Source: Macrostomum lignano
Lineage: Eukaryota
Direction: 5' to 3'
Assembly: GCA_002269645.1 (NCBI GenBank)
Contig: NIVC01000736.1
Location: 124,001 to 188,000, forward strand
Length of the DNA: 64,000 nt
In this document: positions 10,094 to 22,800 of the stretch, one piece after another
Layout: each line of letters opens with the position of its first letter
Numbering within the stretch: the stretch's first letter is position 1
Program-made: the position numbers and the translations under genes
The notes under the pieces: generated by a model
The model's database searches: none
Told to the model about the DNA's origin: nothing
What the model saw: the letters and a program-made list of their open reading frames with translations, nothing else

Positions 10094-13007
10094 ATGAAGC
10101 TTCACAAGCGAGCCAGATCCCCATCGCCCGAGAAATCGCCAGCCCCGTCTGCTGCATCGAATGGGGCAGCCAGAGCCTCAGATTTGAGCAGTCGGAAACT
10201 GCTGACCAGAAGTGAGAACAAGAGGACTCGCCAGCTGATTCAGCGGCTGGAGGAAGCTGACTCTCGCAGCTGCAGCAGCGATGGAGCTGCAGCCGAGGCC
10301 GCTGGTGGCACTTCGGCTGGGAGCGCAGGCAGCGACAGGGACAGCGGGAATGGCGATCAGGACGATTTTAATGGACAGGTGAATTGCTGATTGATTGTTG
10401 ATTGGATCCGACTCTCAACAGGGGAATTCCCGGCATCCAATCTGAATCCAGCAGGGGAATTCCCGGCATCCAGTCCGATTCCAGCAGGGGAATTCCCGGC
10501 ATCCAATCCGATTCCAGCAGGGGAATTCCCGGCATCCAGTCCGATTCCAGCAGGGGAATTCCCGGCATCCAATCCGATTCCAGCAGGGTAATTCCCGACA
10601 TCCAATCCGATTCCAGCAGGGGAATTCCCGGCATCCAATCCGATTCCAGCAGGGGAATTCCCGGCATCCAATCCGATTCCAGCAGGGGAATTCCCGGCAT
10701 CCAATCCGATTCTAGCAAGGGAATTCCCGGCATCCAATCTGATTCCAGCAGGGGAATTCCCGGCATCCAATCTGAATCCAGCAGGGGAATTCCCGGCATC
10801 CAATCTGAATTTAGCAGGGGAATTCCCGGCATCCAATCTGATCCTTGCGAATTCCCGGCATCCAATCCAAATTCCATCAGAGGAATTCCCGTCATCCAAT
10901 TCGAATATCAACAGATAATTCCCAGCATCCGATTCAAATATACAGTTATCCCACCATACAGTTCAATTCTTAGGCCAATTATTTCTTAACATTCATTACG
11001 AATCCCAAGAATTGGATTCCCAGCATTAATTAGCTTCATTGAATACGCGCTCTAAACCGCAGAAAGCGGCAGCAGACGACGTGACGGTGACTGAGCAGGC
11101 GCACGCCATCATCGTGCCCTCCTACGCCACCTGGTTCGACTACAACTCCATCCACGCGCTGGAGAGGCGCAGCCTTCCGGAGTTCTTCCTCGAAGGCCGA
11201 CCGACCAAAACTCCTGAGGCCTACCTGGCCTGCCGCAACTTCATGATTGACACCTACAGGCTCAACCCGCAGGAGTACCTCACCTTCACTGCCTGCAGGC
11301 GGAATTTGCATGGCGACGTGTGCGGCATCCTCAGGGTGCACGCTTTCCTGGAACAGTGGGGCCTCATCAACTACCAGGTGAGGCTGAACTTGAGTCTGGG
11401 CTTGCGTTTGAGCCTTTGTTAGACCCCACAGTAGAGTTTGACTCTTTGTCCGACCCCACAGTAGAGTTTGACACTTTGTCCGACCCCACAGTAGAGTTTG
11501 AGTCTTTGTCCGACCCAACAGTAGAGTTTGAGTTTTTATCCGACCCAACAGTAGAGTTTGAGTCTTTGTCCGACCCCACAGTAGGCGTTTGAGTCTTTGT
11601 TCGACCCCACAGTAGGAGTTTGAGTCTTTGTTCGACCCCACAGTAGGAGTTTGAGTCTTAGTCCGGGATTTCCCTCAGCCGTAAGCTCATCGTAGCTCGC
11701 GTGACTCACTGCATCCACCTCGCTCACCCCTGCATGGACACCGACAGGTGGACAAGGAGTCCAAGCTCGCCGCTCTTGGCCCGCCATCTGCGTCGAATTT
11801 CCGCGCCCTATCGGACAGCCCGGCTTGTCTGGCGCCGCTGAAACCCGCGCCGCCGTCCGGCGCCAGCGAAAAAGTGAACGGCGCCGCTCATCCGTCTGAC
11901 AAGGACAGCTCAAAGGACGCCGCTAGCGACATCCAGAAGTCCGAGGCGAGCTCGAAGCAGCCGGACAAGCCGCCGGCCAGCCGCAAGTCGGACTGGACGG
12001 ACCAGGAGACGCTGAGCCTGCTGGAGGGCCTCGAGCTATTCAAAGACGACTGGAACCGAGTGGCCGAGCACGTGGGGTCCCGCACCCAGGAGGAGTGCGT
12101 GCTGCACTTCCTGAAGCTGCCGATCGAGGATCCGTTTTTAGAGGGCGCCGAGGAGGCGCTGGGCCCGCTGATCCACCAGCCGATTCCCTTCAGCAAGGCC
12201 GGCAACCCCATCATGTGCACCGTGGCCTTCCTGGCTGCCACTGTTGATCCCAGGATTGCCAGCGCCGCCACCAAGGCTGCTCTGGACGAGTACGCCAAGA
12301 TGAGGGACGAGATTCCCAACTGCGTGCTCAAGTCTCACCAGCAAAGCGTCGGCGACAAAGAGGCAGCGGATCCCGCCAAGAGTCCCAAAGAGGCAGCGGA
12401 TCCCGCCAAGAGTCCCAAGGATTCAGCGGATCCCACCAAGAGTCCCAAAGAGGCAGCGGATCCCGCCAAGAGTCCCAAAGAGGCAGCGGATCCCGCCAAG
12501 AGTCCCAAGGATTCAGCGGATCCCACCAAGAGTCCCAAAGAGGCAGCGGATCCCGCCAAGAGTCCCAAGGATTCAGCGGATCCCACCAAGAGTCCCAAAG
12601 AGGCAGCGGATCCCGCCAAGAATCTCAAGGCGGCAGCAGATCCCGCCAAGAGTCCCAAGGCGGCAGCAGATCCCGCCAAGAGTCCCAGAGAGGCTGCAGA
12701 TGAAGAGGCCAAGAAGGCTGAGCCGGCCTCAGCCTTGGCCGCAGCGGCGGCAAGCGCCAAGCAGCTGGCACAGGCTGAGGAGTCCAGGATCAAGAGCCTG
12801 GTGGGCTCTCTAGTGGAGGCTCAGGCAAAGAAGATTGAAGCCAAGCTGCGCCACTTCCATGAGCTGGAGTCGCTGATGGACAGGGAGCGCGAGCACCTGG
12901 AGTCTCAGCGCCGCCTGCTGCTGGAGGAGCGCCAGGAGTTCTACCAGGAGGTCAACCAGTTTGCCATGTCGGCTGCTGGCGCGTCTCAGCGAGAATGCAG
13001 CGGCTGA
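10094..13007 (+). CDS. SMARCC: SWI/SNF (BAF) complex subunit, SMARCC/SWI3/Moira family, about 619 aa; exons 10094-10378, 11063-11377, 11748-13007
   Basis: SWIRM domain ([16 protein letters not shown]...[44 protein letters not shown]). SANT domain ([49 protein letters not shown]). Also [17 protein letters not shown] and a C-terminal coiled coil ([14 protein letters not shown]). Both introns are phase 0 GT-AG. The 5' start is uncertain. Confidence 0.95.
10420..10900. repeat. 33-bp intronic minisatellite (AGCAGGGGAATTCCCGGCATCCAATCCGATTCC), about 14 copies
   Basis: Direct tandem copies in SMARCC intron 1, each with the palindrome GGGAATTCCC. There are no unique spacers. Confidence 0.95.
11415..11660. 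repeat. 30-bp intronic minisatellite (GTAGAGTTTGAGTCTTTGTCCGACCCCACA), about 8 copies
   Basis: Tandem copies in SMARCC intron 2. Confidence 0.93.
12357..12690 (+). repeat. Coding 30-bp tandem repeat encoding about 11 copies of K(E/D/A)(A/S)ADP(A/T)KSP
   Basis: In frame within SMARCC exon 3, between the PFSKAGNP region and the coiled coil. Confidence 0.9.
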
Positions 13008-13289
13008 GGGCCCGGAGGTCAACAGACCCGCTGTATATTTTGCAGTACAAAAAGTGTCCGCATGTACTGCCTTTTAACCCTTTGAAGATGACCTTGTTGC
13101 TGTTTAGTAACAAAATCATGGCCAAATTTGAAATTTAAAGCATTGGCAATTCCCCCCCCCCCTACACAATTTATATAGTTCGTTCGGTTTGAATTAAGCA
13201 TTTCTGTATCATTTCAACTCGTGTTTTATCTTGAATTTCCTGGCATTAGTGTTTTTTTAATTACAAGCAAAGTCTCCTGCTCGCTTTCT

Positions 13290-13295
13290 AATAAA
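13290..13295 (+). terminator. Candidate polyadenylation signal (AATAAA) of the SMARCC gene
   Basis: AATAAA lies about 285 nt after the stop in an AT-rich 3' region and is followed by a GT/T-rich tract. A second AATAAA occurs near 13477. Confidence 0.4.
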
Positions 13296-13489
13296 TAAGC
13301 TGTTCCTTTGTGCATTTTGTATGGCTAAGGCTGCGGCTTTATGGCCTGATTTATTACTCGCTGAGCTGGGCTTTATCATTTAGATCTCATTTTCAATATT
13401 TTTAATGTTGATTAGATGTGCTGATTGGTGGAAATGGCACCGTGTCTTAGAAATTCCATTTGCATGGACTTAGATAAATAAACGGGTTG

Positions 13490-13615
13490 AAGGGTTGCAG
13501 GTGAGAGAAACTGGGTTGAAGGGTTGCAGGTGAGAGCCTGGGTTGAAGGGTTGCAGGTGAGAGAGATTGGGTTGAAGGGTTGCAGGTGAGAGAGACTGGG
13601 TTGAAGGGTTGCGGG
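13490..13615. repeat. Short tandem repeat of about 28-30 bp (CTGGGTTGAAGGGTTGCAGGTGAGAGAGA), 4-5 copies
   Basis: Direct repeats visible in the sequence. Confidence 0.85.
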
Positions 13616-13639
13616 TCATCGATCTGTAATTATGCAAGT

Positions 13640-15128
13640 AGGCAGGGATTCAGGTCAAGGTAGGCAGGGATGCATGTCAGGGTAGGCAGGGATGCAGGTC
13701 AGGGTAGGCAGGGATGCAGGTCGGGGTAGGCAGGGATGCAGGTCAGAGTAGGCAGGGATGCAGGTCAGGGTAGGCAGGGATACAGGTCAGGGTAGGCAGG
13801 GATGCAGGTCAGGGTAGGCAGGGATGCAGGTCAGAGTAGGCAGGGATGCATGTCAGGGTAGGCAGGGATGCATGTCAGGGTAGGCAGGGATGCAGGTCAG
13901 AGTAGGCAGGGATGCAGGTCAGGGTAGGCAGGGATACAGGTCAGGGTAGGCAGGGATGCAGGTCAGGGTAGGCAGGGATGCAAGTCAGAGTAGGCAGGGA
14001 TGCAGGTCAGAGTAGGCAGGGATGCAGGTCAGAGTAGGCAGGGATGCAGGTCAGAGTAGGCAGGGATGCAGGTCAGGGTAGGCAGGGATGCAAGTCAGAG
14101 TAGGCAGGGATGCAGGTCAGGGTAGGCAGGGATGCAGGTCAGAGTAGGCAGGGATGCATGTCAGGGTAGGCAGGGATGCAGGTCAGAGTAGGCAGGGATG
14201 CAGGTCAGAGTAGGCAGGGATGCAGGTCAGAGTAGGCAGGGATGCAGGTCAGAGTAGGCAGGGATGCAAGTCAGAGTAGGCAGGGATGCAGGTCAGGGTA
14301 GGCAGGGATGCAGGTCAGAGTAGGCAGGGATGCAAGTCAGAGTAGGCAGGGATGCAGGTCAGGGTAGGCAGGGATGCAGGTCAGAGTAGGCAGGGATGCA
14401 TGTCAGGGTAGGCAGGGATGCAGGTCAGAGTAGGCAGGGATGCAGGTCAGAGTAGGCAGGGATGCAGGTCAGAGTAGGCAGGGATGCAGGTCAGAGTAGG
14501 CAGGGATGCAGGTCAGGGTAGGCAGGGATGCAGGTCAGGGTAGGCAGGGATGCAGGTCAGGGTAGGCAGGGATGCAGGTCAGAGTAGGCAGGGATGCAGG
14601 TCAGGGTAGGCAGGGATGCAGGTCAGAGTAGGCAGGGATGCAGGTCAGAGTAGGCAGGGATGCAGGTCAGAGTAGGCAGGGATGCAGGTCAGGGTAGGCA
14701 GGGATACAGGTCAGGGTAGGCAGGGATGCAGGTCAGAGTAGGCAGGGATGCAGGTCAGAGTAGGCAGGGATGCAGGTCAGAGTAAGCAGGGATGCAGGTC
14801 AGGGTAGGCAGGGATGCAGGTCAGGGTAGGCAGGGATGCAGGTCAGGGTAGGCAGGGATGCAGGTCAGGGTAGGCAGGGATGCAGGTCAGGGTAGGCAGG
14901 GATGCAGGTCAGGGTAGGCAGGGATGCAGGTCAGGGTAGGCAGGGATGCAGGTCAGAGTAGGCAGGGATGCAGGTCAGAGTAGGCAGGGATGCAGGTCAG
15001 AGTAGGCAGGGATGCAGGTCAGAGTAGGCAGGGATGCAGGTCAGAGTAGGCAGGGATGCAGGTCAGAGTAGGCAGGGATGCAGGTCAGAGTAGGCAGGGA
15101 TGCAGGTCAGGGTAGGCAGGGATGCAGG
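13640..15128. repeat. 22-bp minisatellite (GGTAGGCAGGGATGCAGGTCAG / AGTAGG variant), about 67 copies
   Basis: The tandem array fills most of the SMARCC-VPS41 intergenic region. Confidence 0.97.
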
Positions 15129-15197
15129 TGCACTGCATTTAACTGCATGAATGCACTTACAAATCGCACTTTGCACTGCGCTTCTTTTTTGGTCTTC

Positions 15198-16775
15198 ATG
15201 GAGAAGCTCGAGGAAAGCCGCGAGGCCACCGAGGAGCCACCCGAGGCTGGCTGCGACAGCGAGGCGGAGTACGAGGAGCTGGAGCCGCGGCTCAAGTACC
15301 ACCGGGTCGGGCAGGGCAACACAGATCTGCCGCGCATCCTGGACAAAGACTTCATCACCAGTTTAGCCGTGCACAGCAAGTTCATCTGCGTTGGCACCAA
15401 CTGGGGCAACATCTACATTCTTGACCACATGGGCAACAATATCCAGGGCAGGTCTTTGTCCGGCCATAGCACCACAGTCAATCAGATCTCCGTGGACGAG
15501 AAGGGCGAGTACCTGGCCAGCTGCTCCATGGACGAGAGAGTCATCATTCACAACCTTTTCAACAAGAAGACCTATTCCACTCTGAAGCTGGACAAGCCAG
15601 TGAGGGCTGAGTGGATTCTCAAAGCCACATTGTCCTCTGCCAATGCTGTGCACGCAAAGTGCATCCTGACATCAGTCACTAGACAGTAGAGGGGGGCATT
15701 TTAGCAATAAGCTATACACTTTAGAAAACTCAAAAACTCGTTAAAGTTTCGAGCTTATGGAGTTTACTGTCTTCTTTAGTGTGAAATGAGTTCATGATTC
15801 ACTCGGGCGGCCCTGAAAGTACACTTAAAAGTGTACTCCAGGTAATGAAAGTACACACTAAAAGTACATGTGGACTAAAAGTGCACTCCAGACAATGAAA
15901 GTAAAAGTATGGCTGCAGTAGCCTGGTTTAGTAGTGAAAGTAAAAGTAGACCCAGGCATTAAAAGTACTCTGAGACACTAACTACATCAGTTGTATGAAA
16001 TTGTACGAATTCATTAACAGGTGTACGCCGTGGCCATCTCGCCGAACTTCGCCGCCACGCAGTCATACGTCACTGGCGACGACCGGCTGATCCTGGTGGA
16101 GCCCGGCTTCATCAAGAAGCAGCACCGCGTGCTGGCGGAGGCCAGGCCGAACTGCGGCGCCATTCGCTGCATTGTGTGGGCCAACAGCCTGGTGGTGTGG
16201 GGCACCGAGGAGGGCGTCCGGGCCTACTGCCTGGTGGAGCGGCGCAGCCTCACCTCTCTGCCCAGGCCGGCCACCGAGACCGACAGGACAGCCGCTTTCA
16301 TTCAGGTTTGAGGGACATTTTCACATTTAATGACCCATCCTCTGACCCATCCTTTAACCCATCATGTGACCCATCCCCTGACACATCCTTTAACCCATCA
16401 TGTGACCCATCCCCTGACCCATCCTTTAACCCATTATGTGACCCATCCCCTGACCCATCCTTTAACCCATCATGTTACCCATCCCCTGACCCATCCTTTA
16501 ACCCATCATGTGACCCATCCCCTGACCCATCCTTTAACCCATCATGTGACCCATCCATTAACCCATAGTTAGGGGTTTTAGCCTAGTGGTCAGAGCGTCG
16601 GACTCACGACTGAAAGGTCTGGGGTTCGATCCTTGACCAATTCGGAACAATTTGTGTCCTTGAGCAAGACATTCAACTCTGCATTGCTTTGGTTCACCCA
16701 GCTGTAAAATGGGTGCCAGCATTAGCTGGGGTAATTTAGGGTGTGTGTGAGTGGTGTTTGTGTGTGTGTGTGTGT

Positions 16776-16827
<52 letters not shown>

Positions 16828-19800
16828 CGGCCCCCAGTCTGAGCTGTCTGACCAATAACTGTGGCTGAGCTGTCGGTTGCACATCTGCCCATTGGGACAG
16901 GTGTAATCAATAATAATTATTATTATTATTGACCCATCCTTTGACCCATCCTCTGACCCATCCTTTGACCTATTCTCTAACCCATCCATTGACCCATCCC
17001 CTGACCCATCTTTCGACTCATTATTTGACCCATTCTCTGACCCATCCTCTGACCCATCCTCTGACCCATTTTTTGATCCATTCTCTAACCCATCCTCTGA
17101 CCCATCCTTTGACCCATTCTCTAATCCATCCTTTGACCCATTCTCTAACCCATCCTTTGACTCATTCTCTAATCCATCCTTTGACCCATTCTCCAACCCA
17201 TATCTTTGACCCATTCTCTAACCCATCCTTTGACCCATTCTCTAACCCATCCTTTGACCCATTCTCTAACCCATCCTTTGACCCATCCTCTGACCCATCC
17301 TTTGACCCATTCTCTAACCCATCCTTTGACCCATTCTCTAATCCATCCTTTGACCCATTCTCTAACCCATCCTTTGACTCATTCTCTAATCCATCCTTTA
17401 ACCCATTCTCTAACCCATCCTTTGACCCATTCTCTAACCCATCCTTTGACCCATTCTCTAACCCATCCTTTGACCCATTCTCTAACCCATCCTTTGACCT
17501 ATTCTCTAACCCATCCTTTGACCCATTCTCTAACCCATCCTTTGACCCATCCTCTAACCCATCCTTTGACCCATTCTCTGACCCATCCTTTGACCCATTC
17601 TCTAACCCTATGAAAAATTGGCCCGAATTTTCGCCCGAAAACATATGAAATTGGGCCCGGAACTTTAAATTTGCGGGTGAAAACTAAAAAGCGGTCGATT
17701 CACCCGGAAAGCACGCCGACAAAACGGTTGAAACTAAATCGGGCGAAAAAGCGGGACTCTCGCCCGGAAAGCGGGGAAAGCAGAAACCCAGACGTGCGGG
17801 TCTCTAGCCCGTTTTTTTTCTAAAAGCGTGTCCTGAGGGACTTTGACGTGACGATGCAGATTAAAAATGGGTTTAAATCAATATAGCTAAACGAGTAGGA
17901 AGCTAGGTGCCCAGGTTCCAAGATTCAACCAAGATCCAAATGTGGATTTTTGCACCACCTTAGAATGGATGCTTTATGTGTGTGAAGTTTTGTCTTGTTT
18001 TGTTTTTCCAAGTCTGAGTTATACTGCACTTATAGACTAAATTTATGAAAAAATGCTTAAATATTGATATTATTGCTTACTATACCCATACGGTTATTCA
18101 AATTTTAAAAAATTATTACTTTTGCACCACCTCAGGATGGGTGCCTTATGTGTGTGAAGATTTGTTTTCAAATGATTTTCGAGGTCTGAGTTATGGTGCA
18201 CTTATAGAATAAAAACTGTGCTCTCTGATAGTGGATATTTTTTGTGAATTATCAAAATACTTTTTAATGAAAGGCTTTCTAAACACTAGACTATACTTTA
18301 AATAAGGCTGAAAGCATAAATGTTTGAACTAATGCTTTCACTAATAAAAATATTTTCAATGAAGATTCGTTTCCATTAATTTATCAACCGGTTTATCGCA
18401 TGCTGTCTGAATTTGGAAATTTACAAATTCGTAATTTTTAATGTTATTTAGCCAACTTAAGCAGTGAAAAGGAACCAAATGGATATTTAGGATGTGCATT
18501 ACTTCTTAAAAATACAATTGCTGCAAAAGTTTTTGCTGTGGCTAAGAAACTTGACTCTTTTTGCAAAAACTTGATTGGCTTCATTCACATAAACGTATGA
18601 TTAGACAGCGCGATAACTTCAATTTGGCATATTAAAGCTGATAACAGCTTCTTTATTAGATTTTTCCCGTATAAAACCTTTGCTTTTATTTATTTTTGTT
18701 AACAATTATTTCCTAAAAAGTCGCAGGACAGTGCAATATTCTAATAAATTGCTGAGATTTGTTATACTACATTGAACCGAAGTTTTGAGAACGACCCCGC
18801 CACGTTTTCAGAACTTCGATATTTTATGTGCTAGCTAGTGAAGCGTGTTTTGTTACTTTTGTATTAATTTATCATAATCTAACAGACAAAGTTTATTTAA
18901 CTTCAAAAATAGTCAATGTGAATTATTTCACTAAATGAGTCAATAGCAAGGACTGACCCCCTGCCCCTGCCCTGGTTCAGGAATTGGCAGTCACATAGTT
19001 AATTATAATTTAATTAAGTCCAGTAATTAGCCTATTTATTTATTTCTTAAAGTTAGTAAAAATAGAAAATAATTTAGAAAACTTATCCTGATTAATATTT
19101 CACCTATAATGAAGATAGTATTGTATATGAGCACAGAGAGCTTGCTGAATGGTAAAAAGTTTTAGAACATAAGTAACAAATCAATTTAAAAAACCATTTA
19201 TAAAGTCCAAATATAGCTCGTAAAACTCTGAGTAGCATTAATATAATTTTTGCTTTTTCAAGTTTGTATAGTCTATATAGTACTTTTTAGAAAGCTATGT
19301 ATTCACATTATTTTTTAATCTGTATGCTTTTTGTATTTTATTTAATATAATTTTGATAACTTATTATATTCTAAGGGAACCTAAAGCCTAGAACTGAGCA
19401 TTTTTCAAGGAAGCTAATAACTTGAAAAAGTTTTGCAATTTAACATATTCCCAGAGATAAAGGCCCTTTATATCTTATAAATAAGCCTTCTTTTTGCTCT
19501 TATATGAATGTTTTAGATCTAATAATCTGAATATGTTTTGTAGAATAAACATTTACCATCAGATTTAACATTCCAAGCACTGTACTTATACCATTATAAT
19601 TAAAGAAAAATTATTAATAATCAATTTTGTTGCCTTTTAATTTAGGTTTAGATTTTATTGATCAATAAACAGAATTTTAGCATCATCATACCATGCTCCT
19701 AAGTCATTTATGCTATGTATACATGCCCCTCAGCCAAGTTTTCCTCTGGCCATTAATGTCTGATGACATTGGACTGCTAAGCGTCATCGCCGGGATTATG

Positions 19801-22800
19801 CCGTGCACTACAGGACTGGTGTTAGGCGACATACTCCAGCCCAAACAGTCTATTTTAAAGTCATGTAAAATCACAAAATCCGAGCTGCAGCGTGCCTACT
19901 CCCAATGCCGAGAGGGCCAACTACCGAGAAAGACCAGCGTCGCTAGAAAGGTGACGAAGACCAAACCAGGTGATGTTTTCATTTTTTTGTATTGTAGTGT
20001 TGTTTAAAACGTTATTGACGCTTTTCTGCAACTGCGCCCCCTTCTACTCCAGGTGCGCTGCTTCGATTAGCTGGTGCTGCAGCATCTCAGCTGCCAGAAT
20101 CTGCTGTTACACCACCCAGCACCAGGCTCACAACCAGTGACACTGCTAACATGTTCAATCAAGCGCAGTATCGCATCCTGTCGCTCGCTGAGTTATAAAT
20201 CTATACCTAAACTTTGAACTTATGAATTTCTATCGCATTTGCTTTTGTTCTACACTGATTTGTTTTTTTCATTGCTTCGTAATGTGGCTGCGACTGGGAG
20301 GGAGGGATCTCGAAGTCACCTTAATTTGCACCAGACCCCATTACTGATCTCGGTTCTTCCTATCCTTCCGAATGTTGCTATTTCCCCCTCACATCGTTTC
20401 TCTCCTTTCTCCATGGTCGCGCTAATACTTTCCCTATCTTAGCTATTTCACATGTGCATTCTGTGTGCACCCCTCTCCTTGCACTCTGTGCCTTAGATCT
20501 ACCTCTTTTCAGTTGCAAACGTACTAGTATATTTGGTTATTTCTTAGCTGCAAATGCCCTATAAATAGTTAGTTATTTCTCCTTTTTATGGTTTTCTTCA
20601 GAATTTCTCTACGTCAAGCCCCTTCATGTTATCTTCTTTACAACTTTGTTTGTTTCTGTTTCGATTCTTTTCTTAACCCTCCTTTGCTTTTATTACTTTA
20701 ATGCTTTAATGCTTTTGCTTACTGAACGTATTGAATGCATACATTAAATATTTAAATAAACTATCGCGCACACTTTTTCTTATTATGTGGCCAAGCTTAA
20801 ACATTTCTATCTAGATCTAGATTTCTTATTGAATCCCTCCAGAATTGCCTTATTTTTCTTCTCGATACATGTAGCTCTCTTGGAGGGGGTCATTTAGCTC
20901 GTACATGCAAAATCTTCCTATTCAACTATAGATACAAGTTTTATTACAGTATGAAAAGTGGCAGTCACCGTAATTAAGTTTATGCCCTCTAAAAACTTAC
21001 TATAATATCGTGCACTATCACTAAGACCAAAAGCAGGAAATATGACCAGCTCTTCGGGCCGGATTTGCAAGCAAAATATCGGTTAACTGGCCCGGATTTT
21101 TCGGCGCAAAATAATTCTGGGTGAATCGCCCGTAAATATTCGGGTATAAATGCGGGTGCATGCACGGGTGCATCGCCCGAAAAACGAACTTTTCGTAACG
21201 ATTCCGGGCCAGTAGCCCGGCAATTTTTACACCCGCAAAGTGCTGACGATTTCGGGTGAAGAGTAGGGTGAAAATTCGGGCCAATTTTTCATAGGGAACC
21301 CATCCTTTGACCCATTCTCTAACCCATCCTTTGACCCATTCTCTAACCCATCCTTTGACCCATTCTCTAACCCATCCTTTGACCCATCCTCTAACCCATC
21401 CTTTGACCCATTCTCTAACCCATCCTTTGACCCATTCTCTAACCCATCCTTTGACCCATCCTCTAACCCATCCTTTGACCCATTCTCTAACCCATCCTTT
21501 GACCCATTCTCTAACCCATCCTTTGACCCATTCTCTAACCCATCCTTTGACCCATCCTCTGACCCATCCTTTGACCCATTCTCTAACCCATCCTTTGACC
21601 CATTCTCTAACCCATCCTTTGACCCATTCTCTAACCCATCCTTTGACCCATTCTCTAACCCATCCTTTGACCTATTCTCTAACCCATCCTTTGACCCATT
21701 CTCTAACCCATCCTTTGACCCATCCTCTAACCCATCCTTTGACCCATTCTCTGACCCATCCTTTGACCCATTCTCTAACCCATCCTTTGACCCATTCTCT
21801 AACCCATCCTTTGACCCATTCTCTAACCCATCCTTTGACCCATTCTCTAACCCATCCTTTGACCCATTCTCTAACCCATCCTTTGACCCATTCTCTAACC
21901 CATCCTTTGACCCATTCTCTAACCCATCCTTTGACCCATTCTCTAACCCATCCTTTGACCCATTCTCTAACCCATCCTTTGACCTATTCTCTAACCCATC
22001 CTTTGACCCATTCTCTAACCCATCCTTTGACCCATCCTCTAACCCATCCTTTGACCCAGTCTCTAACCCATCCTTTGACCCATTCTCTAACCCATCCTTT
22101 GACCCATTCTCTAACCCATCCTTTGACCCATTCTCTAACCCATCCTTTGACCCATTCTCTAACCCATCCTTTGACCCATCCTCTAACCCATCCTTTGACC
22201 CATTCTCTAACCCATCCTTTGACCCATTCTCTAACCCATCCTTTGACCCATCCTCTGACCCATCCTTTGACCCATTCTCTAACCCATCCTTTGACCCATT
22301 CTCTAACCCATCCTTTGACCCATTCTCTAACCCATCCTTTGACCCATTCTCTAACCCATCCTTTGACCTATTCTCTAACCCATCCTTTGACCCATTCTCT
22401 AACCCATCCTTTGACCCATCCTCTAACCCATCCTTTGACCCATTCTCTGACCCATCCTTTGACCCATTCTCTAACCCATCCTTTGACCCATTCTCTAACC
22501 CATCCTTTGACCCATTCTCTAACCCATCCTTTGACCCATTCTCTAACCCATCCTTTGACCCATTCTCTAACCCATCCTTTGACCCATTCTCTAACCCATC
22601 CTTTGACCCATTCTCTAACCCATCCTTTGACCTATTCTCTAACCCATCCTTTGACCCATTCTCTAACCCATCCTTTGACCCATCCTCTAACCCATCCTTT
22701 GACCCATTCTCTAACCCATCCTTTGACCCATTCTCTAACCCATCCTTTGACCCATTCTCTAACCCATCCTTTGACCCATTCTCTAACCCATCCTTTGACC

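Noticed and set aside
10420-10900. Regular 30-44-bp repeats here and elsewhere that might suggest CRISPR arrays
   Set aside because: The units are head-to-tail with no unique spacers, there are no cas genes, and the context is eukaryotic introns.
16571-16645. tRNA gene
   Set aside because: A and B boxes are present, but I cannot form an acceptor stem and there is no poly-T terminator. It continues into a SINE body and tail.
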